Positions 12,624-25,789 of a DNA stretch of 64,000 nt are shown one piece after another. Position numbers and translations under genes: made by a program. Location of the stretch: NCBI RefSeq assembly GCF_009914755.1, contig NC_060925.1; one strand, given 5' to 3'. This stretch comes from the human T2T-CHM13v2.0 reference genome, Homo sapiens. Position 1 is the first letter of the stretch. Each line of letters begins with the position of its first letter. The notes beneath the pieces are model-generated. The model worked only from the letters and a program-made list of their open reading frames with translations. It did not search any database and had not been told where the DNA came from.

Positions 12624-12942
12624 TGTAAGGTTTCATCTGCATAACAAGACCACCTTTGCTAGCCAGGTTTCCTCTTCTCTCCCTCCTATAACCCATTTTA
12701 CCATCAGAACCTGTTTCATCACAATCCAAGCCCCTATTCTTTGTGTAACCTCAAGATGGTATCAAGCATCAACCATCTGGCCATTTCTTTGAGCTTTTAT
12801 ATTTTAGATGGCATCTGAGCATGCATATACATCTGATAAAATTTGTAAGCCTTTTTTTATCCCCAGTTAATCTGTGTATTATCAGTTTGCTTTATAGACT
12901 CAATCACTGATCCTTCAGGGGAAAAATTTAAACTTCCCTACA
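12624..12942 (+). mobile_element. Partial ERV1 LTR (MER34/MER72-like)
   Basis: tgtaacctcaagatggtat TATA-region motif, gttaatctgt...tcagttt and a ttccctaca 3' end. Confidence 0.55.
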
Positions 12943-13983
12943 GTAGATACTATTATTGGAAGAAATCATTTTTTTAAAACTAGCAAATTAAAAGCATTTT
13001 GATGATGGCTTCATTAGGCTTATAGAGGTATGAATTTAGAAAAGAATTAAAGAATTCACAACATCCCAGGGTTTCTGTGTCCAAACTACTCTGCGGACAA
13101 TGAACTTGGGGAAGAAATAGAAAAAAAATCGTATCAGAAAGCAAAACTAAATTATAAGGTACTCAAGAGAGGAAAGCTTATAGCTTTTAATGAACACTTT
13201 ATAAGGAACATTGAAGAAAGGTGTAAAAACAACCAAGAGAATGAAAATGGGATACAGAGGAAGTGTAAACAGTCAAGAGAGAGACATTGAAAAGGAAGGT
13301 AGGCAAAGCAGATTGAACATTCATTTTACCAATTCATGAAAAAGAAATTTTTTAAAGGAAACAAACTAATATTTAAGATGATAATATAACATATCTTTCT
13401 ATAAATAAAGGAATGCCTGAATCTACAAACTGAAAGACCTACCAAATACAGGGGAAAATTAACCAGAATTATCAACTGTCAGACATGTTCTTATAAAATT
13501 ATTAGACCTTAAAGATCAAGATAAATATCCTCAGGGGCCTCCAGGCAAAAAGGCAAAATAAAAGGTAAAAAAAAAAAAATAGATTGTCCTCAAACTTCTC
13601 AGAAACAACTTAAAAAGCAAAACAATAGTAGACCAGCATTGTTAGAAAACTTCAAGAAAAAATGTAAATGAAAGACACTATACCAAACCCAGCTGTTTTT
13701 CAAGTTTCAAGGCCATAGAAATGCAGTTCTGAATGTGACATAATGAAGGAAATACTATACACATGAGCCCTTTCTAAGACATTTAGTAGAGGACAGGCTT
13801 CATCAAACCAAAATTACAGGCAAACCTTTCAAAAGGACTGGCAGTGGGCATTTTGTATCGTCAATTGTAGAGGTAAGAACAAAACAAGAGTGGGTTATGG
13901 GCAAGTAATAATATGTAAATATTGTATATTCTGACAAGTCAAAAGAGTGCAATTGAAAAGTGGGACTAAAAGGGGCAAAGCCA

Positions 13984-14301
13984 GCCAGGTGTGGTGACTC
14001 ACCCCTGTAATCAGGCCAAGTGCGGTGACTCACACCTGTAATCCAAGCACTTTGGGAGGCTAAGGCAGGCAGGTTGCTTGAGCTCAGGAGTTTGAAACCA
14101 GCCTTGGCAACATGATGAAACCCCATCTCTACAAAGATAAAAAATTAGCAAGGCAGATGGCATGTGCCTGTAATCCCAGCTACATGAGAGGCTGAGGTAG
14201 GAGGATCACCTGAGCCTGGGGTGGTCAAGGCTGCAGTGAGCCGTGATTGCACCACTGCACTCCAGCCTAGGCAATGGAGTGAGACCCTGTCTCAAAAAAA
14301 A
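13984..14301 (+). mobile_element. AluJ with a duplicated 5' ~29 nt
   Basis: Dimeric Alu with J diagnostics (ttgcttgagctcagg, gtcaaggctgcagtgagccgtgat). The A-box region is present twice. Confidence 0.9.
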
Positions 14302-14623
14302 TTAAGACTTTATAAAGAGAAACAAAACAAAAGGGATAAAATGGAAAATAGAATCAAATCATTACCTGTTGTGTATAGATAATAGATGGGAGTCAAAGGG
14401 CACCACTTAAAACTGACAGATGGTAAAACAAGTAAAAATAAAGGGTACTGAACATAAAAAAATGTATTAATACAAAGGTAACTACTTAGAATAAAAATTT
14501 AAATTTTCCTAAATGCCAAAATAAAAATTTAAAAGTCAAAGAGGGTATACCAAATAGAGAAGGGGAAAAGCTAGTAAATTTAGGATAGTGCACATGGTAA
14601 TCTCACTGTAAAATAGTAGGGTG

Positions 14624-14930
14624 GGCCGGGTGCGGTGGCTCATGCCTGGAATCCCAGCACTTTGGGAGCCTGAGGCGGGTGGATCACCTGAGGTCAGGTG
14701 TTCAAGACCAGCCTGGCCAACAGGGTGAAACCCTATCTCTACTAAAAATGCAAAAATTAGCCAGTCGTGGTGGCATGCACCTGTAATCCCAGCTACTCAG
14801 GAGGCTGAGAGGCAAGAGAATCACCCGGGAGGCAGAGGTTGCAGTGAGCTGAGATGGCGCCACTGTACTCCAGCCCGAGAAACAGAGCAAGACTCTGTCT
14901 CAAAAATAAAATAAAATAAAGTAAAATAAA
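14624..14930 (+). mobile_element. AluS (Sx/Sz-like)
   Basis: Full dimer, ggatcacctgaggtcagg and a (TAAAA)n tail. Confidence 0.95.
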
Positions 14931-15229
14931 AGTGTGGAATTGAGATTAAGCATTATAATAATATCAAAAAATGTGAATATGCTTAAGTTATCTATTAATA
15001 AAAATGATTTAAAAGTTGTTATACAAAACAAAACCTAACTCTATGCTATATATAAGAGATACACTTAAAATGAATAATTCAAAGAGGCTAAGAGTAAAGA
15101 GGTAGGAAAAAAATGTACCAAGTAAAAGAAAGCAGAGGACACAGTGCTGTTACCAAAGTAGACTTCAAGCCAAAAAGCATTCAATGAGACAAAGAAGGAC
15201 ATTTTATAATATTAAAAGCCACATTGTAC

Positions 15230-15828
15230 TGTGAACGAAAAATTGTCTGAGACAAGTCTCAACCAATTTAGTTTATTTTGCCAAGGTTAAGGATGCACCC
15301 GTGACTCAGCCTCAGGAGGTCCTGACATGTGCCCAAGGTCACTGGGGTACAGCTTGGTTTTATACATTTTAGGGAGACATAAGACATCAATCAATACATG
15401 TTAAGATGTACGTTGGTTTGGACTGGAAAGGCAGGACAACTCGAAGCAGGGGCTTCCAGGTCATAGGTAGTTTTAAAGATTTTCTGATTGGCAGTTAGTT
15501 GAGTTATCTAAAAACCTAGAATCAATAGAAAGGAAAGTCTGGGTTATGATAAGGGGTTGTGGAGACCACGGTTTTATTATGCAGATGAAGCCTCCAGGTA
15601 GCAGCCTTCAGAGAGAATAGGTTGTAAATATTTCTTATCAGAAGTAAAGAGTCTGTTCTATTGGCCTTAAGGTCTGTGTTGATGTTAATGTTAATGAGGT
15701 ATGTCCAGACTGCTCCCCACTTTCCATCATGGCCTGAACTCATTTTTCACGCTAACTTGGGAATGCTCTTGGCCATTCCAAATCTGTTCAGATGGGTGGG
15801 GGGCTTAGAATTTTATTTTTTGTTTATG
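15230..15828 (-). mobile_element. MER4A/B-like ERV1 solo LTR inserted in L1 ORF2
   Basis: ctgagacaagtctc...tttattttgccaaggttaagga and cttagaattttattttt; TSD gtac/ctac; L1 sequence resumes after the element. Confidence 0.85.
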
Positions 15829-16241
15829 CTACATTGAAAATATAATTGTTATGAATATCTAGGCACCAAATAACCTGGCAACTACCTTTATGAAATACAA
15901 GTCATGGGAGATGCAAGGAGAAATAAGTAGAAACACACTAATAATAGAACCCTTTAACACATCACTCTTAAACAATACAGGTTAAATAGACCAAAAAGGT
16001 AAGGTTGCAAAGTAGCTAAACAAAATAAGGTGGATTTTTTTAGGCATATATCAAACACTACATCCTGATAATAGAGAGTATACCTTTTTCTCCAGTGCAC
16101 ATTGAATGAAAATTGATCATATACTTCAGTTCAAAGAAAACATCACTAGGCTCCGTAAAATAGAACTCCTTGATCACAATGCAAAAAAGGTAAAGAAAGA
16201 AAACAAAGAAAGATAAAAAAGTCCTTGACCTTAGAAATTTA

Positions 16242-16684
<443 letters not shown>

Positions 16685-17851
16685 TTATACCTCAAAATAC
16701 CTATAGCAATTTTAAAAATATAAAAATAAATGAAAACTATTAAAAAGGTCAGCCAGAAAAAGAAATTTAAGATCAAAGATTAATTAGGAAAAGTTTTTTT
16801 AAAAAAGATATTACGAACAACTTTATGCTAAAAAAAAAAAGAGAACTTCGATAAAACAGATAAATCCCTCGAATAAATTCAACTTATAAAAATGTACACA
16901 AGACAAAAAGAAAATTTGACTAGCCATATATCAACTTTAAAAAAGTAATCCAAAATTTAAAATCTTCCCACAAAAAAAAAAAAACTCCAAGCCCAAAAGG
17001 CCATACCAGTGAATTAATCTGAGTATTTTTAAAAACGATAGCAAAAGAGGAGGGAAAAAAAATTACCTCAAGTTCTAGAGACATTTTGTTGGAAAGTCTG
17101 TTAGTCAACCCATGTCTTAACTACCACAGGTAACCTATTCCAAAGCACCCTATTCCAAAGCTCTCTCCCCTAGTGTTGGGAACCTGCTCTTTCCATCCAC
17201 AGCTCAAGGCAGGAGACAACAAGCATTTTGTCTGTATGGCAGGAACAAGAGAACACAAATACCTTGCAGACAATGACCAGAGTGGCACACACTGAAAGAG
17301 TTGCAGCTTCTAGGAGCTCAGCAGGAAGCCCAGCAGCTCATGCTAAGTTTGTGTTCCAGCAGTCAACATGGGAGGAGAACATAGGTCAGAAAACAAAGGG
17401 ATGAGGTTAGGGAATTTAGAAAAGCCAGCCTGGGCAGGATAGGCTCTTTAGACAACGTGTGTACTTCCAAAGGGAAGGAAGCAATGAAGCCCTTCATCTG
17501 ACCCCAAGAGAGACATCACTTTCTTTTCTTACTCTTCCAGTTTTATGACCCTCCCCCCATCAACACCCCAAGAACTTCTTAGAGCCCAACACCCTCCTCC
17601 CAACCTCAACGCAGGACTTCTTAGAGACAAACACCTTAGGGGCAGAGATTTAAGTATTTTGTGCACTCTTTTCTTCCTCTAACTCTAAGGAAGAGACATT
17701 CTCCCAGATTGAATTGCAAGTCGAGAATACTACTGCATACCCAGGAAACACATCCAAATAGAATATGAAATTGCTGACTGCTCAGAGCCTCATGCTACAT
17801 TAAAAAAAGAAAATCTAGAAAAAAAGTTGATTCCTGATAAAGACTCACTGA

Positions 17852-18343
17852 TGTTAGGCTGCCTGTCTTCCACTTGCCCTCAGCACCACCCCCTCTCCAT
17901 CTCTGTTTATCCTTTCCACCCTGCCTTGTGCCCTGGGAGGCTGACCTGTACAGATGGCATCAAAAGGCCTTTTGGCTCCCAGTTGGGTCCAGCCAATGTG
18001 GAACACTACCATAAAATGGGAGGGAGTAGGGGACAGACGGGTCAATGTACCCGTGGCCTCCCTCCCTGCAGAGTTCTGGCTGATTCTCAATAGGAAGCAT
18101 CCTGCTCTGATCAGGTTACTCTTGCTACCTAATTCTGTCTCTGAGTCCCAGTAACCACTCCTCTTTTCATCCTTCCAGGCCCTGAAACACACCCTTCCAC
18201 CCTCTATTACTTCCTCTGGGGCACTGCACAGTCCCCTGTGGCTTTTCTATACGTAGCCTTCTCATTTCAAAATAGTCCATTTATTAACCTCTTTGAATAT
18301 CTGCCATCTCCTCACATTCTGCTGTTGAGTTTCTGACTCTACA
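17852..18343 (+). mobile_element. LTR33-like ERVL solo LTR
   Basis: ccctgccttgtgccctgggaggctgacctgtacagatggcatcaa, gttgggtccagccaatg and aatagtccatttattaa. Confidence 0.7.
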
Positions 18344-19034
18344 GTGAAGAAAATAAACTCTCAGAAAAGAACTTTAGCCTGGAGATCCCAGGCCATGCTG
18401 CTGAATCAAACTGTAAGGTCATGGCAAGGAGGGCCTGTCCCTAATTGTCACTTCAGGATATTCCAAATATGAAGATAGGAGGGAATACTGGTGTCCATCT
18501 TTGTTAGGCATAGAAAACTAGCTAAGATTGGATGTTTATTTTACTTTAATGCAGTATCTGCACAGTAAATGTTTGCAATTCAGAAGCATTTTCTCCAAAT
18601 ATTTAGGAAACAGCCCTTCTCTCTAATAAGTATTTTGAAATTGTTATAAAATTTTGTTTCTTTTCTCAGGTTTTTATATTTTCAGGTCATTAAAAAAAAT
18701 CATCCTTGCTTGGCTATGCTACTAAAATCTCAACTGCCCTGTGGGTGTGGCCAGGAAGAGAGACAGTGCTTGCCACCAGTCCTGCTGGGCAGTCCAGCCT
18801 TGATCCAGAGGTCTGGGAGGGCATGGGTGATGTGTTCCAACCCTATTTGTATCACCCTCTAATTGGAATCCTGGTTTGTAGCCCATTCTGAATGAGCCTG
18901 CTTTAATTCCCTAAACAGATATCTCCAAATGAGAAACAAAAAAAGAAATTTGTAAAGCAAATGACTGTCAGGTGTTTGGTCCAGTCTGACTTAACCAGAC
19001 ACTTCAAGTACAATTTAAAAAAAAAAAAAAAAGA

Positions 19035-19210
19035 AACATAATTTTGGAGCCAGAAGACCTGGGTTCAAATTCTGGCCAATGTACTTAATATATCTATCTT
19101 GTAGATGCTCAACTGCTCATATTTGTCATCTGTGAAATGGGTATAGTAAAATGTTCTCACCTGCACAGTGTCATAAAATGTAAATAAGGTAATTTGCCTA
19201 AAAGCATATT
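19035..19210 (+). mobile_element. MIR
   Basis: ttggagccagaagacctgggttcaaattctgg...tcatctgtgaaatggg. Confidence 0.75.
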
Positions 19211-19231
19211 AAATCAAATATGCCAGGCAGA

Positions 19232-19540
19232 TTTTATGTTTGTTTTTATTGTTTTAGAAACAGAGTCTCACTCTGTTGCCTCATCTGTAGAGCAGTGGCA
19301 TGATCATAACTTACTGCAGCTCACACTCCCGGGCTCAAGTGATCCTCCCACTTCAGCCTCACAAGTAGCAAGGACTACAGGCATGCACCACCATGCCTGG
19401 CTAACTTTTTAAAATGTTTTTGTAAAGATGTGGTCTTGCTAGGTTTCTCAGGCCGATGTTGAACTCCTGGCCTCAAACAATCCTCCCACCTTGGTTTCCC
19501 AAAGCTCTCAGATTACAGGCTTGAGCTACTACACCCCGCC
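19232..19540 (-). mobile_element. AluJ
   Basis: Antisense dimer with gggctcaagtgatcctccc and ctcctggcctcaaacaatcctccc. Confidence 0.9.
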
Positions 19541-19865
19541 AAATGTTTGTTTTAACAACAATTTTGAAAAAACAAAATAGTAGAATCTAAGCCATTTTGT
19601 CCAAAAGTCATTCACCCAAATATTAATTAAGGGCTTGGCATTGATTCAGAAGATGTATACAGCATAGAGTCAGCCTCTAGAGTTTGCAACATAATTAGGG
19701 AAACAAATATAGCTTTAATGATTATTAGAATATTAGCAAGTATATTCTGGTGGCTAAGTTGTGTCATTTAAAAAAGTTCTTTATGACCGTGGTTCACGGA
19801 AGAAAGAGAGCAACATAGATTCATTGCTGTAATGACACAGGTCTTCACAGAGGAATTTGGAGTGG

Positions 19866-20115
19866 AATAACAATAGGAGTTAACATTTAATGAGTAATTC
19901 TTATCACTTTAAGACATAATTTTGAGCTGTTTATGTATTAATGCATCTAAGCCTCAAACAACCACATGAAATAGTTATTATAATTTTCTCCATCTACAAA
20001 GGAGGAAACTAAATTTCAGAAAGTTTAAGTAATGTGTTCATTGTGCCCAATTAAGCAAGTGGAAGACCTAAAATTCAAACCTGGACAGTCTGACTCCAGA
20101 CCTCTGCTTTGACCC
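19866..20115 (-). mobile_element. MIR
   Basis: aacatttaatgag...ggaggaaactaaatt...attcaaacctggacagtctgactccaga. Confidence 0.8.
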
Positions 20116-20326
20116 TTCCTGACGATGTGGGTGCACCTGGTACACCTGCTAACACATGGCACAAAGGTTCTGCAAACTCTACTGAACAATTTGCCATCTG
20201 GCTCCTTCCATCCTGGCTCCTTCTTATCCAGTAACTAAATGAGAACTAGAAAAAGCTGTTCTACTTCCAGTCCACGGGTGACCTGCTAAGTAACCTTGGG
20301 AGATTTCATATTTCCTGCCACAGCTT

Positions 20327-21316
<990 letters not shown>

Positions 21317-22304
21317 GCTTCTTTATCAGTAAATCCAAAATGATACTTCCACAAATGTACCTCAACTGTCAGAATAAAAGAAACTGTGAGAATAAATGGG
21401 AAAGGCTGCTGAAAAATACAAATGACCTAAAAGAGTAAATTAATTGTCATCATTACTATTTATTTTTTACTGTCTATCTAATCCCATGGCCAGAAGGTAT
21501 ATTTCTAACTGTCATCTGTAATGACAAAAGGAAAGTGCGCAGAAGCATGTGCCTGGATCAGCATGGCCCGACAACCTCTGCAGGATGAGTTGCTGTGTGT
21601 GCAGGTCCTGCAGCAGATGGAACAGCAAGTGTGCACATCTGTATTATTCAGGTGATGTGTGGATACAGAAGAAGGAGAACGGAAATGACTTTTAGAACCA
21701 GTCTTGTTTTCTGCTTGTGTTATTTTATACAGGACTACTTAATGTCTCATTTTCAAAATTGTCTGAATATGCATGTCTTTGATGCAAGCAAGACACAGGG
21801 CTCCTAAATAAAAGAAGAAATAGGAATATAAGTAAACAGTAATGAGCTGTTTTTCTTTCTTGTTTAAAATATATTATTCTACTCTGGCAGCATAGAGAAG
21901 CCCTAAGGGAGCATTAAGTAGAATTTTAAAAAGCACTTCCTCTGACTCAGTCCATACTAGCTTCGCGATGACACCTCAGCAAACTCAGTTAAATGAATTT
22001 CTGAATGAATAATAAGTGACAGAAATCAATCAGGTATCTCTGCTGCTGCCAAATTTACAATATGACAATGTCACTGACTGGGAGAGAGCTAAGATTGGCC
22101 TTTGGACCAAGTGTGGGAGGCTTAAAATGCATAATGTGGAAGTTAGAGGACAGGAAGAATCTGTCTTGCATTTGATAACCTGAAAAAGGGGATATAATTA
22201 ATATCTCTTGGGCTGGCCACATCTGGTGAATTAAAGGGAATTTTTACTTGACCATAGAGAATGCAGGAAAAGAACCATAGATATGACAGAAATATTGGCG
22301 AGTA

Positions 22305-23165
22305 TTTATTCATTCATTATTTCACCCATTCATAAATCATTCAGTGATAGTCAAATAACTCACTGTCAAGCATACGCGGCTAGGTGCTGTGGATTAAAAA
22401 TGAAAGAAGTGGAGTCCCCGATAAAAGGAGCTCACAATGTAGTGACAGAAATAGACATAAGCAAATAAATATAATGTGATGAGTTTATCTTAATTACAGC
22501 CATGGGCACAGGGTACTGGGAGAGCCCTTAAGGAGGTGCAGGGAGGCAGGAGGAATGCTTCCCAGAGAAATGACCCTGGAGCTAAGTGTTCAAGTATCAG
22601 CATGAAATGAACAGGTGAGGGGCAGGGAGATTTTGCACCAAGAGGACCTATTTGAGTAAACAACTGAAAATGAGATAGAGAATGGTTTATGCAGGCAACT
22701 GCAGACAATTTACTATAGTATAAAATGCAAAGCAGGAAATGGGGCAGAAGAAGCCAGAAAAGGTGGTGAGGACCAGGCCGCAGCAGGTCTTCTCCAAAGA
22801 AGCAGCTTGTTTTTTATCCTTTTGGGTAGAGGTTCTCAAACTTCAGCCTGATTCAGAATTACCTGAAGGGTTTTCTAAGCATGCATTGCTGGGCCCCATC
22901 CCCCAGAGTTTCTGACCTCCTAGGCCTGGGGTAAGGCCTGAGAATTTGCATTTCTAACGAGTTCTCATGTGATGCAGATGATGCTGGTCCTGACAACACC
23001 ATGCTCTAGGCAACCAAAAGGGCTTACTGGGTTTCAAGCAAGACATCCATAAGGTAAGTTGTGCCCCTTAGAATCCATGGACTCTCTGGATAGGCTGCAT
23101 TTTTAAGAGTCAAGGACTGGAGGCGGGGAGGCCAGTTAGGAGGCTGTGCCAGAGGCCCGAATGGA
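22305..23165 (-). mobile_element. L2 3' region, interrupted by MER5A
   Basis: attcattcatt terminus, ctaggtgctgtgg...aaggagctcaca and ggaggccagttaggaggctg. Confidence 0.75.
22827..23005. mobile_element. MER5A (hAT-Charlie MITE)
   Basis: ggttctcaaacttcagcc...ttgctgggccccatcccccagagtttctga...gagaatttgcatttctaac. Confidence 0.85.
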
Positions 23166-23434
23166 GAAGCAGACAGACAAACCAAACCATAACTTTGTTA
23201 GTTAGCAATTCCATATGTTACTCACAAACATTATTGTGGAAAAAATCAATGTGTCATGTTTGCAATGTCTGGTTCTTTAATTAGTACATAAAATGTGAAC
23301 AATATTAAAAGAAAAAATATTTAAGAGAAAAGAGGTAGAACTGGAATTACACACATTTTCTATCGAGAAATGAATTCTACTGATTAAAACCAGAAAATAG
23401 AGATTAGTTTCCTACCTTGGATTCTTCATCCCAG

Positions 23435-24251
23435 TGATATGGACAGAAGGCAGGGAAATTCTGGGCAGAAGAGGCCAAGTCCTTGGCAAGGGCCCCACCC
23501 TCAAGCTGAAAAGCCTAATACCGCCACCCAAAGTGAAAAGTTACATCCCTGTTTTCCTGATCAAATGTTGCCTTTTCCAAAACCACCCATGGCCCACCCT
23601 ACCCCTGATCCTGTGCCCATAAAACCCCCAGGCTTAGCCAGCAGAGACAGCAGAAGCAGTTGGACGTTGGAGACTATAGTTGGACATTGGAGAGAAGCAG
23701 CTTGAATTCAGAGGGATAGCTTGATGGCATAACTTCAGAGAGGAGTCCAGCCAGGGATGGCCAGACACCAGGGGAAGATTACCTTCCCTCTCTATCCCCT
23801 TTTCAGCTCCCCTTCCAGCTGAGAGCCACTTTCATCAGCAATAAAATCCCCTGCATTTACCACCTTCAATTGGTTCATGCCACCTCATTCCTCCTGGACA
23901 CCAGTTAAGAACTCAGGTGCCACAAGTGTGGGTGCAAAAGGTTGTCACACTGACCCTCCACTGAGCTGTTAACACTCAAGCCATCTGTGGATGGCAATGC
24001 TAAAAGGGTGCTGTAACACTTCCTCTGGGGCTTCAGGGGTCATGGGCACCCTCCCCTAGATGCTGCAACAGGGCCAGTACAGGGTTGGCTCTTGCTGGTG
24101 CCCAAAAGCGCCCACCCCAACTCCTGTACCCACTCATCTGCACTCCCCCTCTCATGAGGGGTGGAGCAGCAAGTGAGTAGAGTTCACCACTGCCAGTGCC
24201 CATGCATGCCAGTTCCTACCAGTGAAGGGGTCAGGAAAATATCCTGCGTTA
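23435..24251 (+). mobile_element. MER50 ERV1 solo LTR
   Basis: tgatatggacagaaggcagggaaattctgggcagaagagg start, AATAAA, and a perfect TSD ccag/ccag. Confidence 0.85.
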
Positions 24252-24394
24252 CCAGCCTGGCCTATTCGATGAGCTAGTAAGTGGTGTCTCATCATCCCCT
24301 TTTGGAGAGTAAAAGAATTCCAACTCTGAAAGAAGAAGGAAAAGTCAGGGCTTTGGAATTAACAAAGAACATGTAGAAAATAAAAATGGACACT

Positions 24395-24864
24395 TGGGTG
24401 GCATGCCAGACCCCTATTGACTCCAGTAAGGATGGTACCATGTCAAGAGGGCAAAAAAAAAAAAAAAGAGAGAAATCCAGAGACAACAAAGGAGACATGA
24501 GGTTTATTAGGGGGAATTTACATACAAGTATGGTCCAGTGGCAGTGGGTTGAACAGGAGAACCACTACCATTTGTAAAAAGTACACAATTTATATAGCAT
24601 TTTTACTTAGCACCCTCCATCCAGCAACCTCTACCTAGCAACCTCCATTCAACCCAAAACAAAAAACCTTGATCCTCTGTATGACCTGCATTCTAAGTGA
24701 CGGGCTGGAGGTTCAGATGTCCTTCACAGATAAAGACTGAATCTCCAGGTTGGCCAGTCCTTGATACCTTAGCTCAGGACTTCAAACACACATCCTTCTT
24801 AGACCACAGTGTCATTCTCACAGTATGCTTAAGTTAAATTATTGCTGTCAAGTGTGCCTGCCAG
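24395..24864 (-). mobile_element. LTR47-like ERVL solo LTR
   Basis: cttcttagacca...gtcattctca...gtatgcttaagtt...attgctgtcaagtgtgcctgcca, plus repeated agcaacctc. Confidence 0.75.
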
Positions 24865-25299
24865 GTGGGGGGGGTGGAATGATGGAGGTGGGAATGAGTG
24901 AGCTCAGACTCATCAATTCCCCCAGTCTGACATCCAGGTAAAGCCCCACACCTGCAAACCCACCCCCCAAATCACCAAATATTTGCTAGTTGCCTTTCTC
25001 CAACCTGAGTTCATCACGGTTCCTCTCCTGGAATCTGAAGATCAATGAGAAAGACACAGAGACTAAAAGATGTTCCAGGAAAGTCTCAGAGCAAAAGTTC
25101 TTCTGCTAGGAGCCCCAGAATCCAGAGGAGGTCTGGATTCACCTTTCCCTAGGTCATTCAGTAACACCCTGAATTCTGTGTGACCCCAGTTTCACAAGAG
25201 CCTGCTTCCTCAACCATCTGTAGAGAAGAACCAGTTTGTTTGTTTTAAATATCCAATCCGCCACCTATCTGTGCACTTGTAAAATATGATTTAACAATG

Positions 25300-25710
25300 G
25301 ATTACTATAACCACAGTCTGATCGTGACAAAAAACATCAGAAAAATCTCAATTGAGGGACATTCTACAAACTACGCAACCAGTACTCCTCACAACTGTCA
25401 AAGTCAACCAAAACAAAAGTCTCAGAGACTATCACAGCCAAGAGGAGCCTAGGGAGACACAGTAATTAAATGTAATGCAGTACCCTAGATGCAATCCTAG
25501 AACAGAAAAAGATCAGGTAAAATTAAGGAAACTTGAATACACTGTGGACTTTAGTTAATAATATGTATCAATATTGGCTCACTAATTGTGATAAATGTAC
25601 CACACTGCTGTTAAAAATAAGGGAAATGATGTAGAGTATATGGGAACTCACACTATCTTCGCAATTTTTCTAGAAATCTAAAACTGTTCTAAAAAATTAT
25701 CTTTAAAAAT
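25300..25710 (+). mobile_element. L1MC/L1MD-type 3' UTR fragment
   Basis: aattgagggacattctacaaa...ccagtactcctc...gaggagcctagggagaca...tctaaaactgttctaaaa. Confidence 0.8.
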
Positions 25711-25789
25711 GAAGTTGCTAGAAAAATAAATTAGAAAAAGCAAGATGAACAAAATATAACCTCCGAATTTATTATGTTCAGCAGACATA

